Source of the DNA: Christensenellales bacterium
Lineage (GTDB): Bacteria > Bacillota > Clostridia > Christensenellales > CAG-917
Reading direction: 5' to 3'
Length of the DNA stretch: 61,740 bases
NCBI GenBank assembly: GCA_048394785.1
Contig: DBFJGL010000056.1
Coordinates: 1 to 61,740 of the forward strand
The translations under genes were made by a program, and so were the position numbers. Positions 17,920-27,800 of this stretch are shown one piece after another. Under the pieces are notes generated by a model that searched no databases, was not told where the DNA came from, and saw only the letters and a program-made list of their open reading frames with translations. The stretch's first letter is position 1. Each line of letters begins with the position of its first letter.

Positions 17920-19800
17920 ATGAAAGGAAAAATCAGACTGGTCGGCATATTGCTGCTTACCGTAATTCTCGCGGTAACACTTGCCGCCTGCAACGGCGGC
18001 AATGACGACAATGGCAACACTCCCAAAGCCCCTACGCAAAGCGATTGGTCGGCGGTGGGAATCGACGGCGGCTTTTCCGCCGAGGTTAAAGGCAATCTCG
18101 TCACTAATTTGGCGGTTGAAGGCGAAATTCAGATGAAGTGGACGGATTCGGACGAAACCAGCCTCGACAACACCATTGCTTGGTTGAAATCCAAGGGTTT
18201 TTCGTCCTACGGCGGCGCAACCGCGACAAAGGAGTCGTTGCAGGACGGCGCATTGCTATCATACACGGCGGAAAAATCGGTTTCCGCAGTCGCGCAATCG
18301 GCAAAAGCCGTTGCTTTCGCCGCCGCGGCAAGCGCGGGAAATACCGTCGTGGCGGAAACGCTTTACGTCGCGCGCGACGTTTCGCTTATGGGTATGAGCT
18401 ACAAGGCGGGCGAGCTGTATCTGTCAGTAGCTCCCGAAAATAGCGGAAGCACGCCTGCGCCCGGTCCGAGTACGGAATGGCCGGCGCAGACCATCGCTTC
18501 GATCATAGGCGACGGCGTACCCGTTTATACCGGCGCGGCGTCTTCTGTTACAACACAGTCTAACACGCTTGTTAAGCCCACCGTTACGGTCACGGTAGCG
18601 GGTGCAACCAACGCCGATTACGTCGCATACAGGACGGCGTTAACACAGTCGGGATTCAGCGACACGCCCGACGGGTTTGTCAAAACGAAAACCAACGGCG
18701 ACGTTATCACGGTAATTGTAACGGATATGACGACAAACGGCGGTATGATTTTGATAACCGTGACGCTGGAAAAGAACAGCGGAGCGCTTACAGAATATCC
18801 GTCCAACAGACTTACGGCGTTTAACGGCGCCAATCTCCCCGCGTATTCGGGTGGCACGAGTTTTGACTGCGAAGATATTCTGGCGACGTATTCCGCGGCA
18901 ATGAAAACGGGAATAGAGCAAGAAATTGCGAAATTGGAAGCCTTGGGCGCGAACCTTACCGCCGAACAGCGAACTCAGCTTGCGGAATATAAGGAAAAAC
19001 TTAAACTTATCGACAATATGCGTGCGTTTACGGTCACCGTCTACGGCACGACGGACGGCGAACGCAGCGCGTTTTGCGAAAGACTGACCGCAAACGAGTT
19101 TACCCTTAACGGCGGAACGTACGTCAAGGACTTTTCCAATCCGAATCAATATCACGCGCAGGTTGACGTAGGCGACGTAGAAAACGGAAAACTTTTACTT
19201 ACTCTTATCCGTATGCCGGCGGGGCTTTTGGACGACGAAGGCGGCGATCCCGTAAATCCGCCCGTAACGGACGAGTTGACCTTTGCGGATTTGCCGACGA
19301 ATATAAAAATAACTTTTGAGTATTTGGTCAACGGAACAAAGTTTACAGAAAGCACGGCTACTAAAATCGGTGATAATTGGCTGATAGAAAGCGCTTCGTA
19401 CGGTACTACAGTAAAAAGTTATCTTAAAAAGTCGGGCAACGTGTGGACGGAATACGCCGAGGCAAGCGGCGCGTGGACGGCGGGCAGCTCCTATACGGCG
19501 CTTTCCGACCACGACGTTTTGGACGTGCTGACGTTTATTTTTAATAACGACGTAACCGGCTTTACCAAAGGACAGCAAATAACCATTGCGGGGCAAGCTT
19601 GCGACGTCTATACGAAAACGAACGACAGCTTAGCCTCATACGGAATAACGACCGTCGATACCTTGTACGTAAACGCGGACGGCTTTGTTTTGTACAACGA
19701 CCATTCGAGCAATCAACAAGGACAAACCACAACACAAACCTATCAAATCACCTTGTGGGACACGACCGTTACGTCTTTCGGTGATATAACGCTGCCGTAA
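17920..19800 (+). CDS. lipoprotein of unknown function (626 aa)
   Basis: Signal peptide with lipobox LAAC-NGG. The C-terminal ~170 aa end in WDTTVTSFGDITLP and are paralogous to modules in the 20697-21890 product. Confidence 0.75.
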   Translation: MKGKIRLVGILLLTVILAVTLAACNGGNDDNGNTPKAPTQSDWSAVGIDGGFSAEVKGNLVTNLAVEGEIQMKWTDSDETSLDNTIAWLKSKGFSSYGGATATKESLQDGALLSYTAEKSVSAVAQSAKAVAFAAAASAGNTVVAETLYVARDVSLMGMSYKAGELYLSVAPENSGSTPAPGPSTEWPAQTIASIIGDGVPVYTGAASSVTTQSNTLVKPTVTVTVAGATNADYVAYRTALTQSGFSDTPDGFVKTKTNGDVITVIVTDMTTNGGMILITVTLEKNSGALTEYPSNRLTAFNGANLPAYSGGTSFDCEDILATYSAAMKTGIEQEIAKLEALGANLTAEQRTQLAEYKEKLKLIDNMRAFTVTVYGTTDGERSAFCERLTANEFTLNGGTYVKDFSNPNQYHAQVDVGDVENGKLLLTLIRMPAGLLDDEGGDPVNPPVTDELTFADLPTNIKITFEYLVNGTKFTESTATKIGDNWLIESASYGTTVKSYLKKSGNVWTEYAEASGAWTAGSSYTALSDHDVLDVLTFIFNNDVTGFTKGQQITIAGQACDVYTKTNDSLASYGITTVDTLYVNADGFVLYNDHSSNQQGQTTTQTYQITLWDTTVTSFGDITLP

Positions 19801-19814
19801 TCGAGGAGAAAATT

Positions 19815-20678
19815 ATGGGAATATTCAATAAAATCACCAAGGGTATCACGCGCGGAGTAGGAAACGCGGTGTCAAACGCAGTACAGCGAAAAACTACGGA
19901 AGCCCTGACGCCGCAGGTCGACAAACTGGCGGATAAAATCGTCAAGACAAATCCGCAATCCTCGACGAACGAAGGGCAAGCCGCGCAAAGCTCCGACCTT
20001 GCTGCGGCAACGGCGAGGCTCGCGGGCGCATACTCGGGCGCCGTGCAAAACTACGCAACCGAGGCGGCAAAGAATATCAAGGTCTGCCCCTCCTGCGGCA
20101 AGCCGACGAGCGCGGATAAAAAATTTTGTCCCGAGTGCGGCGCGGAAATGCCCCAAACCACGCTCGCGGACTGTGCGGTATGTCCCGCTTGCGGCAAGCA
20201 AAACGGCATAGGCGAAAAATTCTGCTCGGACTGCGGTACGAAGCTGCCCGCAGCAATCGAAGAAGATCGCCAAAGCGCGCAAGCCGACGAGAATACTATG
20301 GCGCGGTGGGACGAGTTTTTGTCCGCATATCCCAAATGGAATTGCGGCGGCAGCGGCTACAATCTCGAACGCTTCGACGGCGACCGCTATATGTTCGCCG
20401 CACGGTTTGCCGATTTCGACGCAGCAAAGCGGGCGGTAGAGCAATACCGCGCAAGTCTGCGGCAAAGCGGCTTTGCGCCCGCGGGGCAGTACCCGAGCGA
20501 GGAGCATCTTTACAAAAAGACGGACGGCGGTTGTTTTCACGTAGATACCGAGCATTGCTTCGAGGGCGATTCCGATTGCCCTACCGTCTATTTCAATACG
20601 GAAGAACCATACGGCGGCTTCGATTACAAAAAAGAAGAACCGAAAAAGAAAAAAGGCTTTTTCGATTTATTCGGTTAA
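19815..20678 (+). CDS. cytoplasmic double zinc-ribbon protein (287 aa)
   Basis: CPSCGK..x..FCPECGA and CPACGK..x..FCSDCGT form two consecutive zinc ribbons. No TM helix. The C-terminal domain is of unknown function. Confidence 0.7.
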   Translation: MGIFNKITKGITRGVGNAVSNAVQRKTTEALTPQVDKLADKIVKTNPQSSTNEGQAAQSSDLAAATARLAGAYSGAVQNYATEAAKNIKVCPSCGKPTSADKKFCPECGAEMPQTTLADCAVCPACGKQNGIGEKFCSDCGTKLPAAIEEDRQSAQADENTMARWDEFLSAYPKWNCGGSGYNLERFDGDRYMFAARFADFDAAKRAVEQYRASLRQSGFAPAGQYPSEEHLYKKTDGGCFHVDTEHCFEGDSDCPTVYFNTEEPYGGFDYKKEEPKKKKGFFDLFG

Positions 20679-20696
20679 TATAAAGGAGAAATTTCT

Positions 20697-21890
20697 ATGA
20701 AAAAGACGTTTATTATCATTTTAGCAGTGCTGACTATGTTTTCGATATGCTTACTTTCCGCTTGTGATTCGTCGGGCAACGAAAACGGAAACGGCGGCAG
20801 CGGCGGAGGCGGCGGGGGCGGCGGAGAAACGACTACCGGGTACACTCTCCCTACCAACGTAAAGGTCGTTTATGTCGATAACGATACAATCGGCTTCGAC
20901 GAAACTGTTACGGCTTACAAAATCGGGGATACATACGCGGCGTCCACGGTTACCGCCAACGGTACTGAGAGCGTATATTTCAAAAAGCAGGGAGATACTT
21001 GGAAATATTATAAAAACTCCGGTTGGGGCTGGGAGATCGAAGAAGAATCCTGCAACCGCAAGTCCGCCGAAATACTTACCTTCGGCTATATAGTTATAGA
21101 CTCATTGAAGTCATCGGCGGAAAAAGCGGGCGCCGAACAGATTGCGGGTATATCTACCGAAAAATATTCCTCTCAATACTCCACTTACGAGGAGCATTGG
21201 TGGGTAGCCGACGGGCTTATTATTAAGTATCACTACCAATCCAACGCCGTAACGCCCCATATTCAATTACGGGAAATCAGGTCATGGGATACCTCGGTAA
21301 CGGCAATGGGCAATGATGCGGACGTTCCCGGACTTCTTGCGGGAGAAGAAGGCACCCCGCCTACAAAGGACGCGGTATTGCCTCAGAACGTAAAAGCCGA
21401 ATGTACCACCGTTTCGGGCTCTACCACAACGAATAAACTTACCGTAAAAATCGGCAACGATTATTATTACAAAACAACAAGAACGTATGTAGACAGCACA
21501 ACGCAGGAAACGAATACCAGCGTAGACGAACGTTTTTACCGTTACAATTCCGCAGAGGAAAATTGGACGTCTTATTGGAAGAGATCGGACGGGAGCTGGG
21601 CGAGTTCGGAAGATCCTATCGAATATAAAGAGGACATTGAAAGCAATGCGTTCAATTCGTATCTAACCGACGGTTACGAAGGCGAGTTTGTAGAAACCGT
21701 TACGATTGCCGACGTGAGCGTACGGCATTTCAAAAAGGAGTCCCAAATGGACTTCGGAAGGGGCGATTATTGGGTAACCGACGGCGGATTGGTGCTAAAA
21801 TACGAATCGGGTTCGGGAACGTACGTATACACGTATTCGGTTTGGGACACTTCGGTCACAAGTTTTGCCGGTATCAACCTGCCGGAATAA
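20697..21890 (+). CDS. lipoprotein with two tandem copies of the WDTSVT-terminated module (397 aa)
   Basis: Lipobox LSAC-DSS, then a Gly-rich linker. The two modules end in SWDTSVTAMG and VWDTSVTSFAGINLPE. Confidence 0.75.
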   Translation: MKKTFIIILAVLTMFSICLLSACDSSGNENGNGGSGGGGGGGGETTTGYTLPTNVKVVYVDNDTIGFDETVTAYKIGDTYAASTVTANGTESVYFKKQGDTWKYYKNSGWGWEIEEESCNRKSAEILTFGYIVIDSLKSSAEKAGAEQIAGISTEKYSSQYSTYEEHWWVADGLIIKYHYQSNAVTPHIQLREIRSWDTSVTAMGNDADVPGLLAGEEGTPPTKDAVLPQNVKAECTTVSGSTTTNKLTVKIGNDYYYKTTRTYVDSTTQETNTSVDERFYRYNSAEENWTSYWKRSDGSWASSEDPIEYKEDIESNAFNSYLTDGYEGEFVETVTIADVSVRHFKKESQMDFGRGDYWVTDGGLVLKYESGSGTYVYTYSVWDTSVTSFAGINLPE

Positions 21891-21901
21891 GGAGATAACA
21901 A

Positions 21902-22606
21902 ATGAAAAACAAAATTTTATCAAATTTATCGTACGTGTTCTGCGCAGGACTGGGGTTATTGAATTTTATTCTGCTGGCAATCCCCTACGTCGCGTCCTTT
22001 TATAAATACGACTACGGCGAATGGGGCGGCAAAGGCTCGAACTCGGCGGGCATTTCCGGCTACAAGGTTATGAGCCTTTGGGAGGGCGGCTTCGGCGGCA
22101 TTATGAGCGCAATCTTCCAGATTTTTATTCTGATTTTAGGAATTGCACTGCTTGCCTACGGCGTTATGGGACTCTTAAAGGCATTCGGCGTGTTTGAAAA
22201 GTTCCCCGACAAACTCGGGAAATTCGAAACGAAGAAGCTCGGAGAATACGGACTGTTCGCTTATGCGGGACTGAACGTACTGCTTTTGATATTCCTGATT
22301 ATTTTGTGCGCAACCAATACGCGTAGCGAAAGCGAAATGGGTATTTCCGGTTCCGCCGGAATACGGTTTAGCGCAGGAATTTTTATTACTCTGATTTTTG
22401 CCGTAGGCTCCGTCGTCGCAATGAAATTTCTGCAAAAGAAGTTTCCCGCAAACGCGGATAACGGGCCGCAAATTTCTTATCTATGCGAAAATTGCGGCAA
22501 AAAGGCAAAAAAGACGGTCAAATTCTGTCCCGAATGCGGAGGAAAGGTCGTCGAAAAACAAACGGACTTACAGGAGGATACTACTCCGCCCGATAGTGAA
22601 AATTAA
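21902..22606 (+). CDS. four-TM membrane protein with C-terminal zinc ribbon (234 aa)
   Basis: Four hydrophobic helices, followed by CENCGKK..x..FCPECGG. Confidence 0.7.
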   Translation: MKNKILSNLSYVFCAGLGLLNFILLAIPYVASFYKYDYGEWGGKGSNSAGISGYKVMSLWEGGFGGIMSAIFQIFILILGIALLAYGVMGLLKAFGVFEKFPDKLGKFETKKLGEYGLFAYAGLNVLLLIFLIILCATNTRSESEMGISGSAGIRFSAGIFITLIFAVGSVVAMKFLQKKFPANADNGPQISYLCENCGKKAKKTVKFCPECGGKVVEKQTDLQEDTTPPDSEN

Positions 22607-22623
22607 AACGGAGGGAAATGAAA

Positions 22624-24042
22624 ATGAAATCGGTTTTTTCAAAAACAAAGGCGACGGCAATCGTATTGGCTCTGCTACTTGCTTTTTCCGTCTGCGCGTT
22701 TGCCGCGTGCAACCCAAGCGGTAACGAAGGCAGCGGAAACGGTAACGGAAATGGTAACGGGGGCGGAAACGGCGGCACGACTACGGACAAAACCGTCGTA
22801 CAGTTGATCGACGAGGCGCAGGTAATTTTCAACAAGGCGGGCAAAGCCCTTTCGAACGCGACGACGGGACTTGCGGGTAATTTGACCGAAAGCCAGCCAC
22901 AAGTGCAAACGCTGAGCGCAAAGTCAGCGCCGCGCATCGCTTTGCTGTCCGACGAAAAACCGAGCGACGGCGACGATATTCCTTCGGCACCCACCTTAGA
23001 CGACCTTGAAGGCTACGTACTGCTACGCAACCTGCAAGTAGCCATTAAATCGGTTTTCGGCGAAGTAGAGTACTACACGGCGGAAGATTTCGGCGGAAAC
23101 GAAAACGCACCGGGCATAGGCAAAGTCAAAAGCGAAGGGACGTACACACGGCTGGCACGCACCTTCAAAGAATTAGACGCTTTGCTGTCTGAAATGGGAG
23201 ATGGCGCAAAAGTGACGATTGAAAACAAGGACGTTCCCACGGCGCCGAGTTACGCCTTTAAGCGGGACGGAAATTACGTGGTTTCCGCTCCGGTACTACG
23301 TTGGCAAATCAACAACGAAGTTGACTCCGAAGGCAAACCGATTCTTTCCGAAGAAGAACAAATAGAGGTGGTCGCGCGCGGAGAAACGACGTATATAGCG
23401 CAGGGCAATACCCTCAACGTCACGGGTCCGAAGTACGTTCAAGAGGGCGACAAACAGTTGCCCGACAAACTTAAAGACGCGGGCGACGGCATCGACCCGC
23501 TCTATCGGGCAGACAACCTCAGCACTTTCCGCTCCTTTACGGTAAACGACAACGTCGCTTCGTCCCCTGCGCTGGAAGTCGTTTCTGCCGACGACGACGT
23601 GTACATGCGCTTTTACGGCATTGATATGACGTCTCTCCAAATGGGCTCTGAGGTTGATACCAACGAATTTTATCTCGACTTAAGCGTAAGATGGTTTGAA
23701 TACACGGAAAGAATGACTTTCGAAAGCCCCCAAGGACTGGAAAACAACTGGAATTTCCCCAACGAAGTTTACGGCGTGGCAAAATTCGCCCCCGACGGCA
23801 CCAGCGGTATGGTAAAACTTTTCCGCAATTACAGTCACGACGCGGGCGGGCCGAAGGACGCGGCGGGCAATCCGCAGTACGAACGCGGTACCTATCCTTT
23901 GCCCGAAAAATGGCTTACCTCGTTCAACGCCGAAACGGCTCTCGATATTTCCGGCTTGGAGGGCAACTGGCTGCAACACAAGCAGCGGTATCTGTGCACC
24001 TTCAACTTCACGGGGCTGCCTGCCGCGGAAGAAAAGAAATAA
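22624..24042 (+). CDS. lipoprotein of unknown function (472 aa)
   Basis: Lipobox FAAC-NPSG followed by a GNGNGNG linker. ATG 22624 is 8 nt from GGAGGG. The track start at 22618 is only 2 nt from the RBS. Confidence 0.7.
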   Translation: MKSVFSKTKATAIVLALLLAFSVCAFAACNPSGNEGSGNGNGNGNGGGNGGTTTDKTVVQLIDEAQVIFNKAGKALSNATTGLAGNLTESQPQVQTLSAKSAPRIALLSDEKPSDGDDIPSAPTLDDLEGYVLLRNLQVAIKSVFGEVEYYTAEDFGGNENAPGIGKVKSEGTYTRLARTFKELDALLSEMGDGAKVTIENKDVPTAPSYAFKRDGNYVVSAPVLRWQINNEVDSEGKPILSEEEQIEVVARGETTYIAQGNTLNVTGPKYVQEGDKQLPDKLKDAGDGIDPLYRADNLSTFRSFTVNDNVASSPALEVVSADDDVYMRFYGIDMTSLQMGSEVDTNEFYLDLSVRWFEYTERMTFESPQGLENNWNFPNEVYGVAKFAPDGTSGMVKLFRNYSHDAGGPKDAAGNPQYERGTYPLPEKWLTSFNAETALDISGLEGNWLQHKQRYLCTFNFTGLPAAEEKK

Positions 24043-24056
24043 GGCAAAAGCCGTAA

Positions 24057-24083
24057 GCGCCGCGTCTTTTTCGCGGCGTTTTC
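24057..24083 (+). terminator. rho-independent terminator
   Basis: Stem CGCCGCG (24058-24064) / CGCGGCG (24072-24078), followed by TTTT. Confidence 0.6.
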
Positions 24084-24212
24084 GGCATTTGGGGAGGACA
24101 AATTCTATGACGAAAAAATTACATAAAACGCTATTGCTTTTAAGACGAAATATAGCGTATTCCTTAGGCGGAGCAATCCCCAAGACAAATCACATAAGTG
24201 AGGTAAAGTAAG

Positions 24213-24869
24213 ATGAGTAAAACCAAAAAAAGTACGTTGTTTGTATTACTGCTCGCACTAATGCTTGCGGCGATTGCAGCGGTAAGCGTATCGGCGCTGC
24301 CCGCACAAACGGCGCACGCGGCAATCAATCAGTACGGAGTCATCGAGGCGGGCACGACGACCTTGAACGGTAACTTAAATCAGGGAAAGACGCTTGCTTG
24401 TAGTGTAACCGCGACGCTTAACGGAAACGGCTATACGATTTCACGCAATCTTGCAACAGATTATCCCGTAATTACCGTACGTAGCGGCGCCGTTTTGACC
24501 ATCAACAACGCAACCATCGACGGAGGATATACCTTTACGCAGAGCGGCGACTATTATATAAATACTTCCACCGCCTACCTTTCAAGCGCTCCTCTTATTT
24601 TGGTCAAGGACGGCGGAAGGCTTATTTTGAACAACTGCACCGTGCAAAACAACGTATCGTCGGAAAACGGCGGAGGGATTTATATCGAAAAGGACGGTGC
24701 GGTGGATATGTTCGATTCCACCGTGCAAAAGTGTCGGGTAACCGGCTCTTCTTCCGGCGGGGGTATTTACAATTTGGGTATCCTCGCCATGGTGGGCGGA
24801 AACGTTCGATACAACCAAGCCGGCGGCGCCGGCATTGTATATAAACAAAAAAGAAGGCTATACCGATAA
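24213..24869 (+). CDS. N-terminal fragment (signal peptide plus first beta-helix turns) of the giant surface protein
   Basis: The signal peptide ends ...AQTAHAAI. Beta-helix motifs NGGGIYIE and SGGGIYN are present. The frame ends 35 nt after the next ORF opens in the +1 frame. Confidence 0.6.
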   Translation: MSKTKKSTLFVLLLALMLAAIAAVSVSALPAQTAHAAINQYGVIEAGTTTLNGNLNQGKTLACSVTATLNGNGYTISRNLATDYPVITVRSGAVLTINNATIDGGYTFTQSGDYYINTSTAYLSSAPLILVKDGGRLILNNCTVQNNVSSENGGGIYIEKDGAVDMFDSTVQKCRVTGSSSGGGIYNLGILAMVGGNVRYNQAGGAGIVYKQKRRLYR

Positions 24870-27800
24870 AACCGTCAACGTAACGCGCAATCTCGCCGAT
24901 AGCGGTGCGGGACTGGCAATAATAGACGGCGACGCATGGATTTACGGCACTCAGTCGGCGCCTGTCAAAGTAGAGTCCAACGTGGCGTGTCAAGGGTACA
25001 ATTACATTGCTAATCCGGACGGCACCGGAGGCGGAGTATACGTCGGATTATACGCAAAAGCGCACATATATAACTTTGTTAGCATTCAATACAATTCCGC
25101 CGGCAACGGAGGCGGTATTTACACGGTCGGCAGTACTTGGCTCGGACGGGAAGGCACGACGTCCACCCGCATGGTGGTTGCCTACAACAGCGCGACAAAT
25201 TACGGCGGAGGCATTTGGTCGGGTGGCGGCGCCGGTACTTGGCTGGGAAAAATTACTGTTTTTGAAAATACCGCGCAATACGGCGGCGGAGCGTATATCC
25301 ACAGCGAAACGACTGCGGAAAAACCCTTTGCCGTTACGTCCACGTCGCTCGTAAGCTCTAACACAGCGAGCACGGCGGGCGGTGGAATTTACGCCGACGG
25401 CGTACTGACCTTGGAATACAAGCCGTATATCGGCCTTAACAAGGTAGGCTCGGCAAACAGCAACGTCTATTTGTCGGTAACAGACGGTAAAAACAGCAAA
25501 ATAAATATTGTCCAAAAACAGACGGACAACAAAGATTCGGGTACGCAGACGGTGCCTATCGGATTGAGTTCCGATATGACTTCCGCAACGAAAATCGTCA
25601 CGACAAACTATACGGTTACGAATTCGCTTGCTCTGTCGGACGTGTTTACAACCGACAATACCGATTATTACGGGCTGTCGCTTTCGGGCGGCGAAGTGCA
25701 AATGAACCGCTACGTCAAGGTCACATATTCGCCTTACAGTTGCACGGGAAGCGCAAAAACCGTCAAGGTCGGCTACAATCAGGCCACCCTCGTTTACAGC
25801 GCCGCACAAGCCGGTTTTTCCAAGACGGGTTACAGCCTTTCGGGGTGGAGCCTTGTAGCCGGCAATTCGGTTGCAACCTACGGCTTGACGCACCAGCCCG
25901 CATTTAAGGACGATATCACCCTGTATCCCGTTTGGTCGGTAAACAGATACACGCTTACCTATGACGGCAACGGCAACACCGGCGGAGGTATGAGTACAAG
26001 CGAGTTTACTTACGGTCAGACGGCCAATCTTCGCTTGAACGGCTTTACGAAGACGGGCTACAATTTTTTAGGCTGGTCGTTCGACCAAAATGCGACGACT
26101 CCGACCTATTTAGACGGAGCCTCTTTTACCTATAATTACACCTCGGACAAAACGCTGTACGCCGTATGGAAACCATTATATTCTTACACCGTAAAGCACT
26201 ATTTGCAAAACATAGCGGACGATGAGTATACCATTGACGTTACGGAAACCCTTTCCGGCACGGGTACTACGCAGGCGGTAGCGAAAGACTACGCCGGTTT
26301 TACCGCGCAAGCGTTCAGTCAAGCGACCATTGCCGCAGACGGCAGTACGGTGGTGGAAATTTTCTACAATCGCAACAGTTACACCCTTACCTTCAACGCC
26401 AAGGGCGGCAATATTTCGAGCGATACGCTTACCGCGAAATACGGTTCGCCGATTACCCTTCCCGTTGCAACGAGAAACGCCTATACCTTTGTCGGTTGGA
26501 GCGAAACGGACGGCGGCAGCACGGCGGTAAATTACACGACTATGCCGGCGGTAAACAAAACCCTTTATGCTGTTTGGAAAAACAGGGCGCTTGTAAGCAT
26601 TTCCGTTCCCGCCGAGTATCTAACCCAAACCTATTTCGTAAACGACGCTTTGAAAGCGTTTCAAATTAACTTAGTTTACGACAACGGCGATACGGAAAGC
26701 GTTGACGTAACTTCCGCTATGGTTTCGGGCTTTTCCACGGCAGCCGTGGCGTCAAACCAAACGGCGACAATATCTTACGGCGGCAAAACCGCAACCTTTA
26801 CTTATACCGTAACGCAGGGCTACGCCTACAAGGTTCTTCATCATTTTGAAGATATTGACGGCGAAGGGTACGGAACGGATACCGCTACCGTAAGCGAAAC
26901 TCTTTACGGCACGGGAACTACGCAGGCGGTGGCAAAAAAATACGACGGCTATACCGCACCCACTACCATAGAGCAGAAGGAGATTAACGCGGACGGAACT
27001 ACGCAAGTCGATATTTATTACACCCGAAATTCTTACACCGTCACCTTCGACGCGGGCGGCGGTGAATTTCCCGCAAACGCAACGACGACGCTTTCCGCAA
27101 AATACGGCGCAAACGTTTCGGTAGCGGGCATTACCGCGCCCGCAAAACTCGGCTTTGTGTTTACCGGTTGGAACACTTCGGCGGAAGGCACCGGCACGCC
27201 GGTTGACAAAAGCGGAAATTATACCGTGACTGCGGAAACAAACCAAACCCTTTACGCCGTTTATGAAGCCAAAGCGGTGACGAGACTGACCGGCAAGTCA
27301 GACAGCAAAAATGAGTGGTACGTGGGCGAGGCAATGGGCGAATATTACTTTACTGCGGAATACAACGACGGAACGACGGAAGATATATCCGTCGTTGCGA
27401 CAGGCGTAGAAGTTAAAAATTTCGACACTTCCACCGCTACCGGTACGGGAGAAAAAAGAACGGCGACCATTAAATACGGCGGTCAGCAGTACAGCTTCAA
27501 CTACACCGTAGTTGTCAGAACGTACAGCGTGACCTACTACGCAAACGGCGCGTCGGGTGAACTGCCCATAAATACGCCGATGCCAAGCGGTATGAGTTTA
27601 ACTGTCCAAGACGGCGATTCCCTTACCAAAACGGGCTATACCTTCACAGGCTGGCTGTACAGCGGCGACGGCAACGTGTACGAGTCGAACGATACGATAA
27701 CGATGCCCGCCCAAGACGTCACCTTTACCGCACAGTGGAGTTTGAAGTCGCCCGACCTTGATTTTGGCAATATTCTCGGAGGCGCCTCTCCGGATTTCAC

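Noticed and set aside
20795-20830. GGC/GGA-rich tract (and the similar GGTAAC/GGAAAC tract at 22735-22785) as phase-variable simple sequence repeats
   Set aside because: The units are imperfect and in frame, and they encode the Gly or Gly-Asn linkers that normally follow lipoprotein lipoboxes. There is no homopolymer or perfect short tandem repeat long enough to suggest slippage.
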